From NCBI RefSeq assembly GCF_006345805.1, contig NC_043007.1:4526001-4590000 (forward strand): a stretch of DNA of 64,000 nt, in the 5' to 3' direction. Below, piece by piece: positions 37,631-51,236 of this stretch. The stretch is from Octopus sinensis. Lineage: Eukaryota. Numbering within the stretch: the stretch's first letter is position 1; each line of letters opens with the position of its first letter. A program made the translations under genes and the position numbers. Under the pieces are notes generated by a model. The model did no database searches and was not told the DNA's origin. It saw only the letters and a list, made by a program, of their open reading frames with translations.

Positions 37631-38761
37631 CACCAGATATTTGGACTCGGAGCTTGAAGGGATTACATGCTTGTCCGACCACGAGAGATAACAGCTGAAT
37701 TTCCTTAAAAAAGTCACACCCTACCATACCCCCCCCCCAAAAAAAAAAAATGGTTGGGGAGTTCATATTAGATAATATCGTCCTAGATACAGTGTCTGGG
37801 AGAAAAAATGGGATGGTCATGGTTGTAATGCCTTTGACCATAGATTTGCTTGATCAAAGCTGAACTGAGGTTAAGCAACAACAACTAATGATATGATACA
37901 GAGGAGAGTCATTTTATTTGCCTCAAGGGCAACGTGTATGAAAAACATTGCAATACTATACTGTTATAATTACCAATACATTCAGAGATGATTCAAATAT
38001 GTTTGTGTAGAATTTTGATGTACAGTTTCCATTGTATTGTTATATGGTTTTACAGTTGTGTTCCTTCTGGCTAACAGTACCATTATTATTATATTAAGAA
38101 CCAATTTGGTAGAAATGTAACAATACCAAGCTAGAGGCCTTCCTGGGATTTACTCATCCAGCTTTTGTTCAAAGCTCAAATCTCACCGGCATCAGCTCTA
38201 CGATTTATTCCTTTGATGAGGTGGAGTAATATAAACATCAGACACTGTTTAATTCCAGGTCAGTTCTAACTTAGTAAATCTATGATCAAAGATATTCCTG
38301 CCATGACCATCATGTTTTTCTTTTTAGTGCTAACATATCAAAAACAAACTTAAATTTTTTCTTCCATTTTTGTAAATCACCAAGGTGTAATTTGAGGGAT
38401 CTCAATTTGGCTGCTGTTTCTAGTGGGTAGAGATACCATCCAGAGAGCCCCTCCTTGACTCATATAGGTGCCAGTATTACAACAGGGTACACTCAACCAA
38501 TGAACCCCCTCTTCTATTATAAACATTGTTTTGCACCTAAGTATGAAATCCTTATTTTTTATGCTTATCATTGTTTTAAACATTTTCTTGTTACTTTCTA
38601 CAGCTGCACCACCAGTTGCACTTCTGTATTCCTTAGGCCTGTGCAGCAGCATGGTCTTGTGCAGATGCAGATGTGCACTTCAGTGTTATGTTTGTTTTGC
38701 TCCTTTGTTTTTGTTTCCTTTATTTTTGGTGTTACTTGCATGTTTTGTTTGTTTGTTGGTA

Positions 38762-39091
38762 AAGGCACATGGCTCAGTGGTTAGGGCATTCGGCTCACAA
38801 TTGTAAGGTCATGAGTTCAATACCTGGCAGTGCATTGGGTCCTTCAGCAAGACACTTTGTTTCATGTTGTTCCAGTCCACTCAGCTGGCAAAAATTGAGT
38901 TGGACTTGTAATTCAAAGGGCTGGCCTTATCACATTCTGTGTCATGCTGAATCTCTCAGAGAACAACATTAAGAGTGCATGTGTCTGTGGAGCACTCAAC
39001 CAGTTGCACACTTGCATGTTAATTTCTCAAGCAGGCTGTTCTATTACTCAGATCAACTGGAACCCTTGTCTTCATAACCGATGGAGTGTCA
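38762..39091 (+). mobile_element. Family-B tRNA/CORE-like SINE
   Basis: A box TGGCTCAGTGG, B-box-like GAGTTCAATACC, CTTCAGCAAGACACTT core and a shared 3' end with 54791-55169. Confidence 0.85.
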
Positions 39092-39527
39092 GTTGCTTGT
39101 TTGTTGTGTAGACTATGTGCTGTGTGAGTTGAAGTATGTGTCGTAGCACTGAGTGGTGATGGTGTAGAGTATGTGCTGCATGGGTTGTTGTAAGTGCTAT
39201 AGCTCTGTGCAGTGATTTTGTAAAATATGTGTTGTGTAGGTTACAGTCTGTCTGGGTGGTGGTGGTTGTGTAGAGTCTTGATTGATTTTATTGATCTCTG
39301 AAGGATAAAACACAATCACCACCCAACACTAAAACCTAACCCATGAAGGACATCTCCTATATAATCACCACATTTCACTAAAACACAAACCACAGCCCAC
39401 ATATACCACTGGGGTCAATTCAGTCTACTGTTTCCCTTCTACTAAATTTCAGGTTTTGCATCTATGCTTATTATAATCATAATGTTTATTATTGCTTCTT
39501 CTTCTCATTATTATTATTATTATTATC

Positions 39528-40622
39528 AAGGCAGTGAGCTGGCAGAATCGTTAGTGCACCAGACAAAAAGCTTAGTGGTATTTCACCTGTTGTTACATTC
39601 TGAGTTCAAATTCCGCCAAGGTCGACTTTGCCTTTCATCCTTTCGGAGTTGATAAATTAAGTACCAGTGGGATGTAATCGATTAGTCCCCTCCCCACAAA
39701 TTTGAGGCCTTGTGCTGCCAGAAGAAAGGATCATTATTATTATTATTATATTATTATTATTATTATTACTATTATTATTACGGTGGTGAACTGGTAGAAT
39801 TGTCAGCAGGCTGAACAAAATGCTTCGTGGCATTTTGTTTGTCTTTACATTCTGAGTTCAATTCTACCGAGGCCAGCTTTGCCTCTCATCCTTTTGGGGT
39901 CAACAAAATAAGTCCCAGTCAAGTATTGGAGTCAGTGCAATCAACCAGCCCCTCCCCTCAAAATGTCAGGCCTTGCGCCTATTGTAGAAAGGATAATTAT
40001 TATAATTGCTGTTGTCAGGCGGTGAGCTGACAGACTCGTTAGCATGCCAGGTGAAACGCTTAGCGGTATTATGTTTGTCTGCACGTTCTGAGTTCAAATG
40101 CTGCCAGGGTCAACTTTTCAACTTTGCCTTTCATCCTTGCGGGGTCAATAAATTAAGTACCAGTTGTGTACTGGGGTCAATGTAATCGACTCTTCCCCTT
40201 CCCCCAGATTTCAAGCTGTGTGCTTATAGTAGACAGGATTATTATTGTTGTTGTTGCAGTTGAAAGATGGCACTTGACAGAAACATCAGCATGTCAGCCA
40301 AAATGCTCAGCAGCATTTCTTCTGGTTCTTTGTGTTCTGAGTTCGAATTCCACCAAGGTCAACTTTGCTTTTCATCGTTTCAGGGTTGGTGAAGTAAGTA
40401 CTAGTTGAGCCCTGGGTTCAATGAAATCAATTATCCTCTTCCCCTAAAATTGCTGGCCTTGTACCAAAATTTGAAACCAATATTCGAATTCCGCCAAGGT
40501 CGACTTTGCCTTTCATCCTTTCAGGGTCAATAAAACAAGTACCAGTCGAATACTGGGGTCAATGTAATCAACTGGTCCCCTCCTCTGAAATTGCTGGCCT
40601 TGTGCCAAAATTAGAAATCCTC
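39528..40622 (+). mobile_element. Head-to-tail array of five family-A SINE copies separated by (TAT)n-type tails
   Basis: Copies start near 39528, 39781, 40017, 40262 and 40483 (the last is 5'-truncated); each carries TTCTGAGTTC or AATTCC…AAGGTC…CTTTGC…TCATC. Confidence 0.9.
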
Positions 40623-41535
40623 TTCATTATTATTATTGATACTGAAGATATTCAAAATGCATGTTTCTACAAAAAAAATGCTTGTTGTTATTGTTATTAA
40701 TATCACTTCAGTCTGTTGTACGCAAGAAAACTTGTCCACATTACAAGGACATATCGTTAGATTTTTTATATTTATTTTTGTTTTTCCTTTTTGTTCCTTT
40801 TCAGCTCCTTATTTGTATTTTCAATTTCTTTTACCGTTTTTGTTTTCCCTGCTGCTGCGGCTGTTGTTGTTTGGTTCCCCACATCCTTACTTTCACCCAT
40901 CCTCATCTTCACCCAACACGCTAGCTGTCCACCCCCAGTCAGCAAATCCACATTTGGCTTTGCTTTTCCTCTCCAAGTTGAGTTTTATTTTTGTCAACTA
41001 ATAAACATCATCGTCATCATTGTCAGTCATCATCATCATCATCATCAGAGCCAGTCTTGATTCTTATCGTTCTGTGCCATCATCAGTAACAGTCTACTGT
41101 CACTACCATAGGCACCATCCTCTCCACTATTTACCACCACTGCTTATTACTGCCAGAAAACTCAACATGCTAGAAACAGCAGCTAAATCAACATGAAATA
41201 GCATCCTACCAAAAATACATAAATACTACATTGAATAGTGTAGAACCAGAAACATATCTGGGGGAAAAAAAGGACTGAATGGTCATGGCTGGAATTTCTT
41301 TGATCATAGGTCTGCTCACAAATAGCTGACCTGTGGCTAAATTATATATGGCAGCAATACTAATATTGCTATCACAACCAATATTATCAACACTGCAAGT
41401 TGTCTGATTCCCATCTGTTGCCAGTTTCTGCAACTGGTTGGCACTCTGTCACCTTTGTTGTTGTTGTTAGGGGCAGATATTATAAATTAACTTTGACTGT
41501 CCTTGGACTTTTATTTTGTTTCTCTTCTTGTCATT

Positions 41536-41575
<40 letters not shown>

Positions 41576-41799
41576 ATACCTTTCTATATTTCTAATTATC
41601 AATTTACCTGTCCCTGTCACCTTGTTTCTTAATTTCTCTCTAGTATGTTCTAATTCCCTGACTATTTCCATATCTTCATACTGTGTGTGTGTGTAATATG
41701 TATATCTAAATATGTGTAAATACACACTCACCCCACACATACACACACAGGGAAAGGGGTATGAGAAAAGGGAAATGATGCAGGGACACAAAATTTAAC

Positions 41800-42850
41800 A
41801 GAAAGTGGTGAAGTCTTTCCTTGGTGAAGAATTTGCTGCTCTGTATAGGCTAAAGGTTAAGGACTTCCCAGTAAGAACTAGATCAATGCTGAGACTGAAA
41901 ACAATATGGAGAAGGAAGGAATGGAAGCTAGAAAATGCCTCTAATAGTTGTGGGCTCAGAGAACTTGAGGTGACCCCTTTCTATGTTGGGAACCTCAGGA
42001 GTTTCTACAAAGCAACTTACTCTGAGTTTTAATTCAGATCGGTTGTTGGAGTAAGATGCCAACTATCAGAAGATATTTGAGGGAGGATAGAGTAGATAGG
42101 ACCTTAAAAGATAAAGGATAAGTCGAGAACAGCTGGAAGAGGGGAACAAGAAACAGTATCAAGGGCTAAAAGAGAGACTAGACGCCAGGTGTATGTAGCA
42201 TGGAGTGAAACTGAATGCAAGAGAGAGGCCCAAAGTGTTCTGGATTGCAAAGCAGTAGGTTAGTGGGGATGAAGAGATCATTGGAGAAATGTGTTGTTAG
42301 GAATGACAGCAGAACACTCATTGTCACCAATGCTAAACATAAAGAGTCAGGAACTATTATGAGAGGGTAATAAATGCATTGAATGGGTGGGAGAAAATTA
42401 AACCCAACTAAGTAGGCAACTATTGAGATTCAGAGCTGTACATTCAGAGCACGGTTATTACGAATATGAATGCAAACAAAGCAGCCGAGCCATTAGGGAC
42501 ATTCACTGATAGACTGAAAAGATCTGAGAAAGTTCGTACGTGTTAGTCACTCGCAGTCAGTCAAGAAATGCCGTGGGGTATCAGATGTACCCGATGACTA
42601 ACACTGGAGTGTCTCATCGACCGCTACAGGAGAAAAGATGCTCTTCGTTGAAGACGAAGGCATCAAACTGATGGACTGAGTTTAAAAAGTAACAGAAAAA
42701 AATACGGCGCTATTTATTAGGAAGAGAAATTAGCCGAGGTGGAAGTTTATGGAGAAGTTGGAATAAGTTGAGTTGTCAGAAAGAATATCTGTGACTCATG
42801 CCTTTGCACTTCGAGCAGAGACTAAGGAAGAGATGGAAAAGGGAATTGTC
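41800..42850 (+). mobile_element. Heavily decayed, internally deleted RTE-type LINE ORF fragment
   Basis: VKSFLGEEFAALYRLKVKDF…WRRKEWKLEN (end of the APE endonuclease region), then VYVAWSE, KVFWIAKQ and NYYERVIN motifs of the RTE linker; many stops. Confidence 0.7.
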
Positions 42851-44942
42851 ATTTTGACTGAAAGTAAATAAAAAAGCACAAGGAACATATACAGCTTTGA
42901 TCACCTATTTTACCTAACATGATGGAATTTTAATTACTTAATGTATCTTTTTTTTTCTGTTTTCTTTGTAGATCGCTAAGAATAATGGTATTTCTTGTTT
43001 TACCATTTGGTGTCTGTTCTCTTAAAGTACATTTAGTAGATTAAGTTAAATGGCAGCATTTATTTGATCACTCCTTCAGTTTAAATTTTATTTGTGATAA
43101 AAAGTTAAAAATAGGAATTTAATAGGAAAGAAGAAATTCAATTTCAGAACAATATTTTGTTCAAATACCATTTAGGTTTAGTAAAAGAGCTATGAATATC
43201 AAAAGCATGAATAAAACTTTTAAGAATTATTATAATTATTAGAAGAATTGGGAAGATTCTTTGTTTTGACAATATTCTTGACACAAGTTGTATAGTTAAT
43301 TGAATTAAAATTACTGATACTTGTGTGTGTGTGTATGATGAGGGTGTGGCTAGGAACAAAACTGATCTCTTATTATTGCATTTGAAAGAATTACAATGTT
43401 CCATGTTATTACAACACAAGATATAAATTTAGTCCTCATCTTCCTAATCCATTGCTTTTTCTCTAATTTGGCTCTTTTGTTTGTTTTATTTTATGCAAAA
43501 ACATGACGTAACATAGCAATATTGTATGATGCAATTATGCTTTCCAAAAGTATATGAATTCAAATTTCTTACATGTGACATTTAGGCAAGAAAAACAGGA
43601 AAATCGGAAATGTTTGTGTTTCTTCAGTCAGTTTAAGTGGGATCAGCATTGGTTTCTACACAAGTTCCGTACATCGAGGGCCCATTTTTGCATTCAGAAA
43701 CCTAAAGCATATAACAATGAGAAAAACATTTAAATAGTCATTCATATATGGATTAGTTTCTTTTGAGTTTATTTTCATCAAATCATTGTTAATGGACTTA
43801 GAGTGTATGTGTGTGTGAGTGTACGTAAATACATATTACTTGTAACTATTTTAATTGTATAGTTGTTAGTTCTGTGGTACGTGCTTCAATCTGGACAAAG
43901 TCCAGTTTTATTAGAACCAAACAGTGTTGAATTCTGGCTTCAGTCACAAATAAATGTCATTTAACAGTATTATTAACATCCATGTTAGTCTGAAGGAGGT
44001 GGGGGCATTTACTGCCATTTGCAGGTCATTTGAAAGACATAGGAAGCAAAACTTTCCAACGTAGAAAGAAAACCAAGCTGTAACTTCCATGTCTACTTAA
44101 AGCAGGGATTCCAGTTCCTTCTTTCTGGTTGATTTTATTTTCACCCGCCTCATTCCATTTGTAATGGAATAGATATTCACTTTGTTGAAATTGTTTACAT
44201 CGATGCATTTATCAACTGCATTGTAGAGAGGAAATGGCATGGTTGGCAGCATTTGATTGAGTTAAACTGAAGGCTATTGGATTCCTTATTTTGCAAGGAG
44301 CAAAACTGTAGACTTCTTGAATCATTGTCGTGGCTTGTTGATGTTATTGTTGTTGTTTAGCCCTGAGACCTTCCTTCATCTGGAACTCTGACCAAAGATG
44401 TTCCAACAAAAAACACTCCAATTATTTATTTATTTTACTTTTATTTCAATGTATTTAGGACCAAATTAACCAATGCAACTTTCACTCTATAACTTAGTTG
44501 GTGCGACTAAATGAGATTTGGCTGCTATCTTTAACAGTCATGTAACTTAAAGTATTATACCTGTCTTCTGATGCAGGTATAGCACTGTTATTAAGAATTT
44601 CATTTGAAACTATTTGTTTCAAGGTTTGACACAATTTCTTGAGTAAGTTTTTTTTTCCACTGTACCCTATGCTTGATTAATAGTTTATGAGCAAAATTTG
44701 CTGAAGACCATTGTATGTGTTATAGTTGTGTTTATGTATCCCAGTGTAAATCTGAGTTGTGTTATGTCTCTATATTAAACAAAACTAAAGCAATCCAATA
44801 AACTGAGATAAAATAAGCACCTGACTTAAATAAGAACAGGGTCACCATGATCAATCAAAGCCACAATCTTACTACATTCCAATAAGTGAAGCAATTAAAT
44901 GAGTGAATTAGTAAAAGAGTATAATATCAAGTTTAATGTTTA

Positions 44943-45160
44943 CGAGGGGTGCTGAAAAGTTCCTGGTTTTAAGGGTATCACGAAAGGCCTGATTGGAGAC
45001 CCAACCTTCAGAGTTCTTGAACAGGGTTTAGGACAACTGAAGGACCGCTGCACTAAGTGTGTGAATCAGAGAGGGGAATATGTTGAATAAAATCCTAATT
45101 AACTGGTCCTCCTGTATTTTCTTTTACCCCCAAAGCCAAGGACTTTTCTGCAACCTCTCA
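44943..45160 (+). mobile_element. Mariner-derived MITE, 218 bp
   Basis: TA|CGAGGGGTGCTGAAAAGTTCCTGG… with a degenerate inverted copy …AAGCCAAGGACTTTTCTGCAACCTCTCA; retains the transposase C-terminus LKDRCTKCVNQRGEYVE* (45037-45090). Confidence 0.85.
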
Positions 45161-45472
45161 AATGTGCAGGTGTGTGTGTGTGTGTGTTTACCCCAAAACC
45201 CCCTTTATACTTTAGTCAGATGGACTGAGTCAAGGGCAAATATATAGAACAATTGGGTACAAAGAGGAGATCAGTAACTATCATCCAAATGTTTTATTAA
45301 TGTGTTATGTAACTGTTTCTCATTGGTTTGCAGTGATTAGGAAACAAGTATCTCATCAAGGAGTGAGTTTGAACCACTTGTTAGTTGCCCCTATAACACA
45401 CCGACCTCAACATCTTACTCTCTTTTATACTGACTGACATTCTTACGTATATATATATATATATATATATAT

Positions 45473-46092
45473 CACACTCAAACGTGTGTGTGTGTGTATG
45501 TATGCATGTATGTATGTATGATGAGCTTCTTTCAGTTTCTATTTAGTTAACACATTCACAAGGCTTTGGTCAGCCTATTACATACACATGTATTTATGTG
45601 CATATACACACACACACCACCATCAACATCATCATCGTCATCATTGACATTGAATGTCTGTTTTATCCATGCTGGCATCGGTTGGATAACTTGACCTGGA
45701 CTGGCAAGGCCAATGGCTGCACCAGGTACAATACTCTGTTTTGGCTTTGCTTCTACAGCTGGATCCCAGCCAAAACAGACTATGCAACCTCACACACCCT
45801 TATGAGTAGAAACGCATAGCTATTCCTACACATATTCTCTCTCTCTCTCTCTTTCTCTCTACCTCACACACACACACACACATGCCTGTACTTCATATAC
45901 AACATGGGCTCCTCTACTCAGCTGCAAAACATCTCCATAAAAATCACAACACAGCATCTTATAAAACTCTCAATGATGACCAGGGACTAACCACCACCAC
46001 CACCACCACCACCACCACCACCACACCACCACCACCACCACCACCACCACCACCAACCACCACCACCACCACCAACCACCACCACCACCACC

Positions 46093-46138
<46 letters not shown>

Positions 46139-46228
46139 TGTTGCACATTATGTTCAGGGTACATGTGTGTGTGTATGTATATGCGCATGTGTGTATATGT
46201 GTATATATATAGATATATGTATACATTA

Positions 46229-46259
<31 letters not shown>

Positions 46260-46617
46260 CACACTCAAACGTGTGTGTGTGTGTATGTATGCATGTATGT
46301 ATGTATGATGAGCTTCTTTCAGTTTCTATTTAGTTAACACATTCACAAGGCTTTGGTCAGCCTATTACATACACATGTATTTATGTGCATATACACACAC
46401 ACACCACCATCAACATCATCATCGTCATCATTGACATTGAATGTCTGTTTTATCCATGCTGGCATCGGTTGGATGACTTGACCTGGACTGGCAAGGCCAA
46501 TGGCTGCACCAGGTACGATACTCTGTTGTGGCTTTGCTTCTACAGCTGGATCCCAGCCAAAACAGACTATGCAACCTCACACACCCTTATCAGTAGAAAC
46601 GCATAGCTATTCCTACA

Positions 46618-46659
<42 letters not shown>

Positions 46660-46904
46660 CTCACACACACACACACACATGCCTGTACTTCATATACAAC
46701 ATGGGCTCCTCTACTCAGCTGCAAAACATCTCCATAAAAATCACAACACAGCATCTTATAAAACTCTCAATGATGACCAGGGACTAACCACCACCACCAC
46801 CACCACCACCACCACCACCACCACCACCACCACCCACCACCACCACCACCACCACCACCACCACACACCACCACCACCACCACCACCACCACACCACCAC
46901 CACC

Positions 46905-46935
<31 letters not shown>

Positions 46936-47052
46936 TGTTGCACATTATGTTCAGGGTACATGTGTGTGTGTATGTATATGCGCATGTGTGTATATGTGTA
47001 TATATATAGATATATGTATACATTATGTGTGTGTGTATATATATATATATAT
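45473..47052. repeat. Tandem duplication, ~787-bp period (45473-46259; 46260-~47052)
   Basis: The units are nearly identical (about four substitutions outside microsatellites); all three boundaries lie in (TA)n. Confidence 0.93.
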
Positions 47053-47091
<39 letters not shown>

Positions 47092-47659
47092 CACATACAC
47101 AAACATACATGTGTGTGTGTGTGTTTATTTGCATATAGGTGATTATAGAATATCGATTTCTCGCATTAACACAAGGACATTAGCTTTAGGAGAAAGCAGG
47201 CAGTATAATCAATTAATTGATCTCAGAATATGGCTGATATACATTTTATTGACACCAGATGGATGTCAAAGGCAGCAATTCGACAGATTGTAAAAGAGAA
47301 GTGCAAGACACGTTTGTAGGTGTGTGTAGAGACACACCACCGAAGCCGAATTGGGGTCAGCGTAATTTAATACAGCATTTTAACTGTTTCTCTGTTACTC
47401 CACTGCCTTACAGATTGCATCTCTGTTTCGTGGCATTAAATAACACCATGTATATTTTATATATGTTGTTATATGATATATAATCCATGCACACACACAC
47501 ACACACATATATATGTGTGTGTATAGATATATATGTACACACATACGCACACACATATATATATACATATATGTGTATAGTAAATCCCCAAAAAGAAAAG
47601 CAACAAACACAAAAAAAAAACAATGTGAGGATGTGGTACATGTAAAGTATTAGCAGATG

Positions 47660-47790
47660 CTTGGGGAAGGAAAGAAAGGTGGTTTAACATTTCGAGCAAC
47701 GCTCTTCTTCGGAAATAGAGGAAAGTCCAACAGAAAGGAAGATAGAGGAAGAAAATCGCCAATGATTCACATGTGGTTATATATATATAT
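47660..47790 (-). mobile_element. Probable Penelope-like fragment with a degenerate hammerhead (47683-47715)
   Basis: Minus strand UUU-CCGAAGA-A-GAGC/GUU/GCUC-GAAA-UGU-U-AAA. Confidence 0.5.
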
Positions 47791-48468
47791 ACATACATAC
47801 ATATGTACATATATATATATATATATGAATATATATACATGCATATATATATATACGCATATACATACATATATATACATACACGCACACACACACACAC
47901 GAATAAAGGGTATAAAACAGGGGCTTTACATGCTTCTTTATTTGAGCATTTTTGACTTACAGCTGTTTCTGATGTGTGTGTGTGTTTATTTGGGACATCC
48001 AACTTTAAAAAGTACAACCAATATCTGTATCTGTTGGAGATAAGTTAAAAGGTTAGTCTTAAAAAGGCATATCCAACTGTTTGTCCATTTTCACTTGGAA
48101 GTTATGGGCTGACCTGAGAATGACATTTACCCAAGATGCCACTCAGTGGAATTGAACCCATGACCCCCCTGATTGTGAACAAACTCCATCACCATTCAGC
48201 CATACTACCAGTCATGTCAGTGATTTGATGCATTCGTCAATACTTTACTTGTTTCTGATTTAGGTAGGACAGCAATATTTTTAGTTACGGGGTTTAGTTG
48301 GTTTCATGGATGCCAGTACGTGACTTGTACCTAAAACAGTGATGGGGACAAAGATGACCTTAACAGAACATCAAGACCCAGCATAAATACTGCCTGACAT
48401 TTTCTCTGATGTTCTTCGTATTCTTTCATCCTTCCACCTTTTTTTACAGTATGCGATTCTATCATTAA

Positions 48469-48689
48469 CCCTCTGGCATTTAAACAGGCCACATTCAGAC
48501 AAAATATTCAACTTGTTTTTTTTTTCAAATTGGCCAGATCTGGCCTCTCTCACTTACCATACAATGTCATTCAAAAGATAAACAAGCACATCACTGAAAT
48601 CTTAATGCTACGAGATAATGCGTGACTAAATCAAAAGAATGCGAATAAATTCACTTCACATTTGATAGAGTAATCCAAATGCTAAACAA
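48469..48689. mobile_element. Decayed piggyBac-like MITE
   Basis: TTAA on both sides (48465-68, 48690-93); left end CCCTCTGGCATT; right end …AATGCTAAACAA (degenerate TIR). Confidence 0.5.
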
Positions 48690-50404
48690 TTAAATTAAAA
48701 GTGAGAGAATAGAATGTGTAAGTTTGTTTTAAACAGCTACCTTACACATTGTCATCATTTCTGATTGAATATGCAATCAATTAAAGATCAAATCTCTTTC
48801 TTTTAAATCTTTTAAAATTTCAGATTAAATCAGTAGTAGATATACATTTATATATTTGTACATTTGTGACATTGTTGATATATATATATATATATATATA
48901 TGGCAATACCATTGAACATTGGAACCAGAAACAGCTGTTAGATGGGATACAGTCTATTTGTATTGAATCAAAAATTATTAATTGTTGTAAGTCAATTGTT
49001 GATCAATATTTCTCTATTTTCTGTTTACTTTATATATAGATATATATATATATATAAACATATACATAGATAGATAGATAGACAGCTTTCCTTACACATG
49101 CACACACCCCACACATATAAATGCAACCCCGTTTGTCACTTGCAGGTGAGTATGAGTTGAATCAAGCTTTTGCTTATGAAAGGGTGACTTAAGCACCCCT
49201 CTGGCCCTCCAGCAGAATACTGAGGATGTGACAGCTGGAGGAAGAGAGATCACTGCACCAGGACAGTCACTAGTCATTCTCAACTGAGGAGATTGGAGCA
49301 ATCTGAAATGAAGTGCTTTGTCAAGGATAATATATGTGTGTCTGTGCACACTGATGTTGATTTTCTCATATGAATGTCCAGTTGTTTGATCAACTGGATG
49401 GCCATCTCATTGAATTCATATGCAAAGTGGTTGTGTATTCTCTTACCACTTAATGTAATTCTCTGGTAGAGTCAGCTTAGCACTAGTATAACAATGCTGG
49501 ACCTTTGAAGTACAAGTAGAGTCCATTCACTGGTTTTTGATAGAGCTTCTGTCCACACAAATTTAATCACAAATCTCAGGTTGCTTAGTCGACCAGGTCT
49601 GAAACCCAGATTAATTGGGCTGTATTATCCAAACTCTTCTGAGGCACATTTATATATTTTAGCCTTTGCTGTAGCTAGGCATGAAAATAGGATTACCACC
49701 TGATGTACATCCAAAGCTATGTGCTGTGGTTTCCTTAAATTGGAACTCAGTACAACATGAAAGCTTCAGCCTACATAACCATGGGTAGATATGGAAGTGT
49801 ATTAAAGCTGGCAAAACATGGAGAAGAGGTACCAGCTGGTCTGAACACATTGTACCCACAATCGCTGGCAATGAAAATACTGGGAGAAACTAAACCAGAA
49901 CAACCTGACTGCAGGGAGAAAACTATACAGATTGGACTGAACCTGTTCTTCCAGGTGCCAGCTTCCTCACAGTTTCATTACAGATTGGATCACACTAGTT
50001 TAGGTGTGCACATGTCCCCTGCCTACTCAGTCCATAAATCATTCAGGAAGCAATTTGCTTGATTAAGCAAATGGAAAACACAATCACAAAGCTAACTGGT
50101 GATCCATTTATTGATTTTTTAATTTTCATACGCATTAATAAATGTTTGTACCCACACACGCACATGTACATAGGCATTTGTATGTTTGTGTATATGTAGG
50201 GGAATAAATTATGTGTAATGCATGTCATACTTACAAACACTAATTAACTATACCTAATACACACATTAAATTGTCAGTTTCTGCATACAGGTATGTATAG
50301 GTAAATATGTCGATATAAATGCATTCATGCAGAACATTTGTTGTATGTTGTATTCAGAAGCAGACATCAAAGGGCAAAGTTCCTTTATCTTTCCCATTCA
50401 CACG

Positions 50405-50462
50405 TCTCTATCTATCTATCTCTCTGTCTATCTCTCCATCTATTTATCTATCCATCCATCCA

Positions 50463-50499
<37 letters not shown>

Positions 50500-50562
50500 G
50501 TCTGTCTGTATGTCTGTTTATCTATCTACTTACCTGTCTGTCTGTCTTTCTATTTATGTCTG

Positions 50563-50622
<60 letters not shown>

Positions 50623-50674
50623 CCTGTCTGTCTGTCTGTCTATCTATTTACCTGTCTGTCTTTCTATCTGTCTG

Positions 50675-50724
<50 letters not shown>

Positions 50725-50810
50725 ATCTATCTATCTATCTATCTATCTCTTTCTTTGTTTATCTATCTATATATCTACCTATCTAATCTGTTAGTTTGTC
50801 TGTCTGTCTA
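50405..50810. repeat. (CTAT)n/(CTGT)n tetranucleotide array
   Basis: Read directly from the sequence; explains the LSIY-rich ORFs. Confidence 0.95.
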
Positions 50811-51236
50811 TCTTTCAATGCATACATACTTATACACACATACACATACATACATATTTATATTCACATATATGTACACATACCATACGCAATTTAATTT
50901 TGAATACTGACTACCACTGGAAGTACATTCAACTAGTTTTCTGTTGCCTTTGCCCTATATGACTTACTAAGGCTCAATATTTATGAAATGGTTCAATGGT
51001 AAATCACATATTGATAGCTTTTATTGAAGCATCAGCAATATGGCTGCTGTGAAATTACTTCCTCCTGGAATTATAACTTAGATTCCATACTTACTTGGTC
51101 AAAATCTAACCTCTGCAACATTCTCAAAATTCATTACTTGCATGTGATAGTGCATATATGTGCATATACACTCATAAAATTAAACACACAAATATATAAG
51201 ATTTCAAACACCCTGCAAATTCAGGATGCCTTATTC

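Noticed and set aside
49757-50062. 101-aa plus-strand ORF
   Set aside because: No recognisable domain, no supporting splice sites and no clear repeat assignment.
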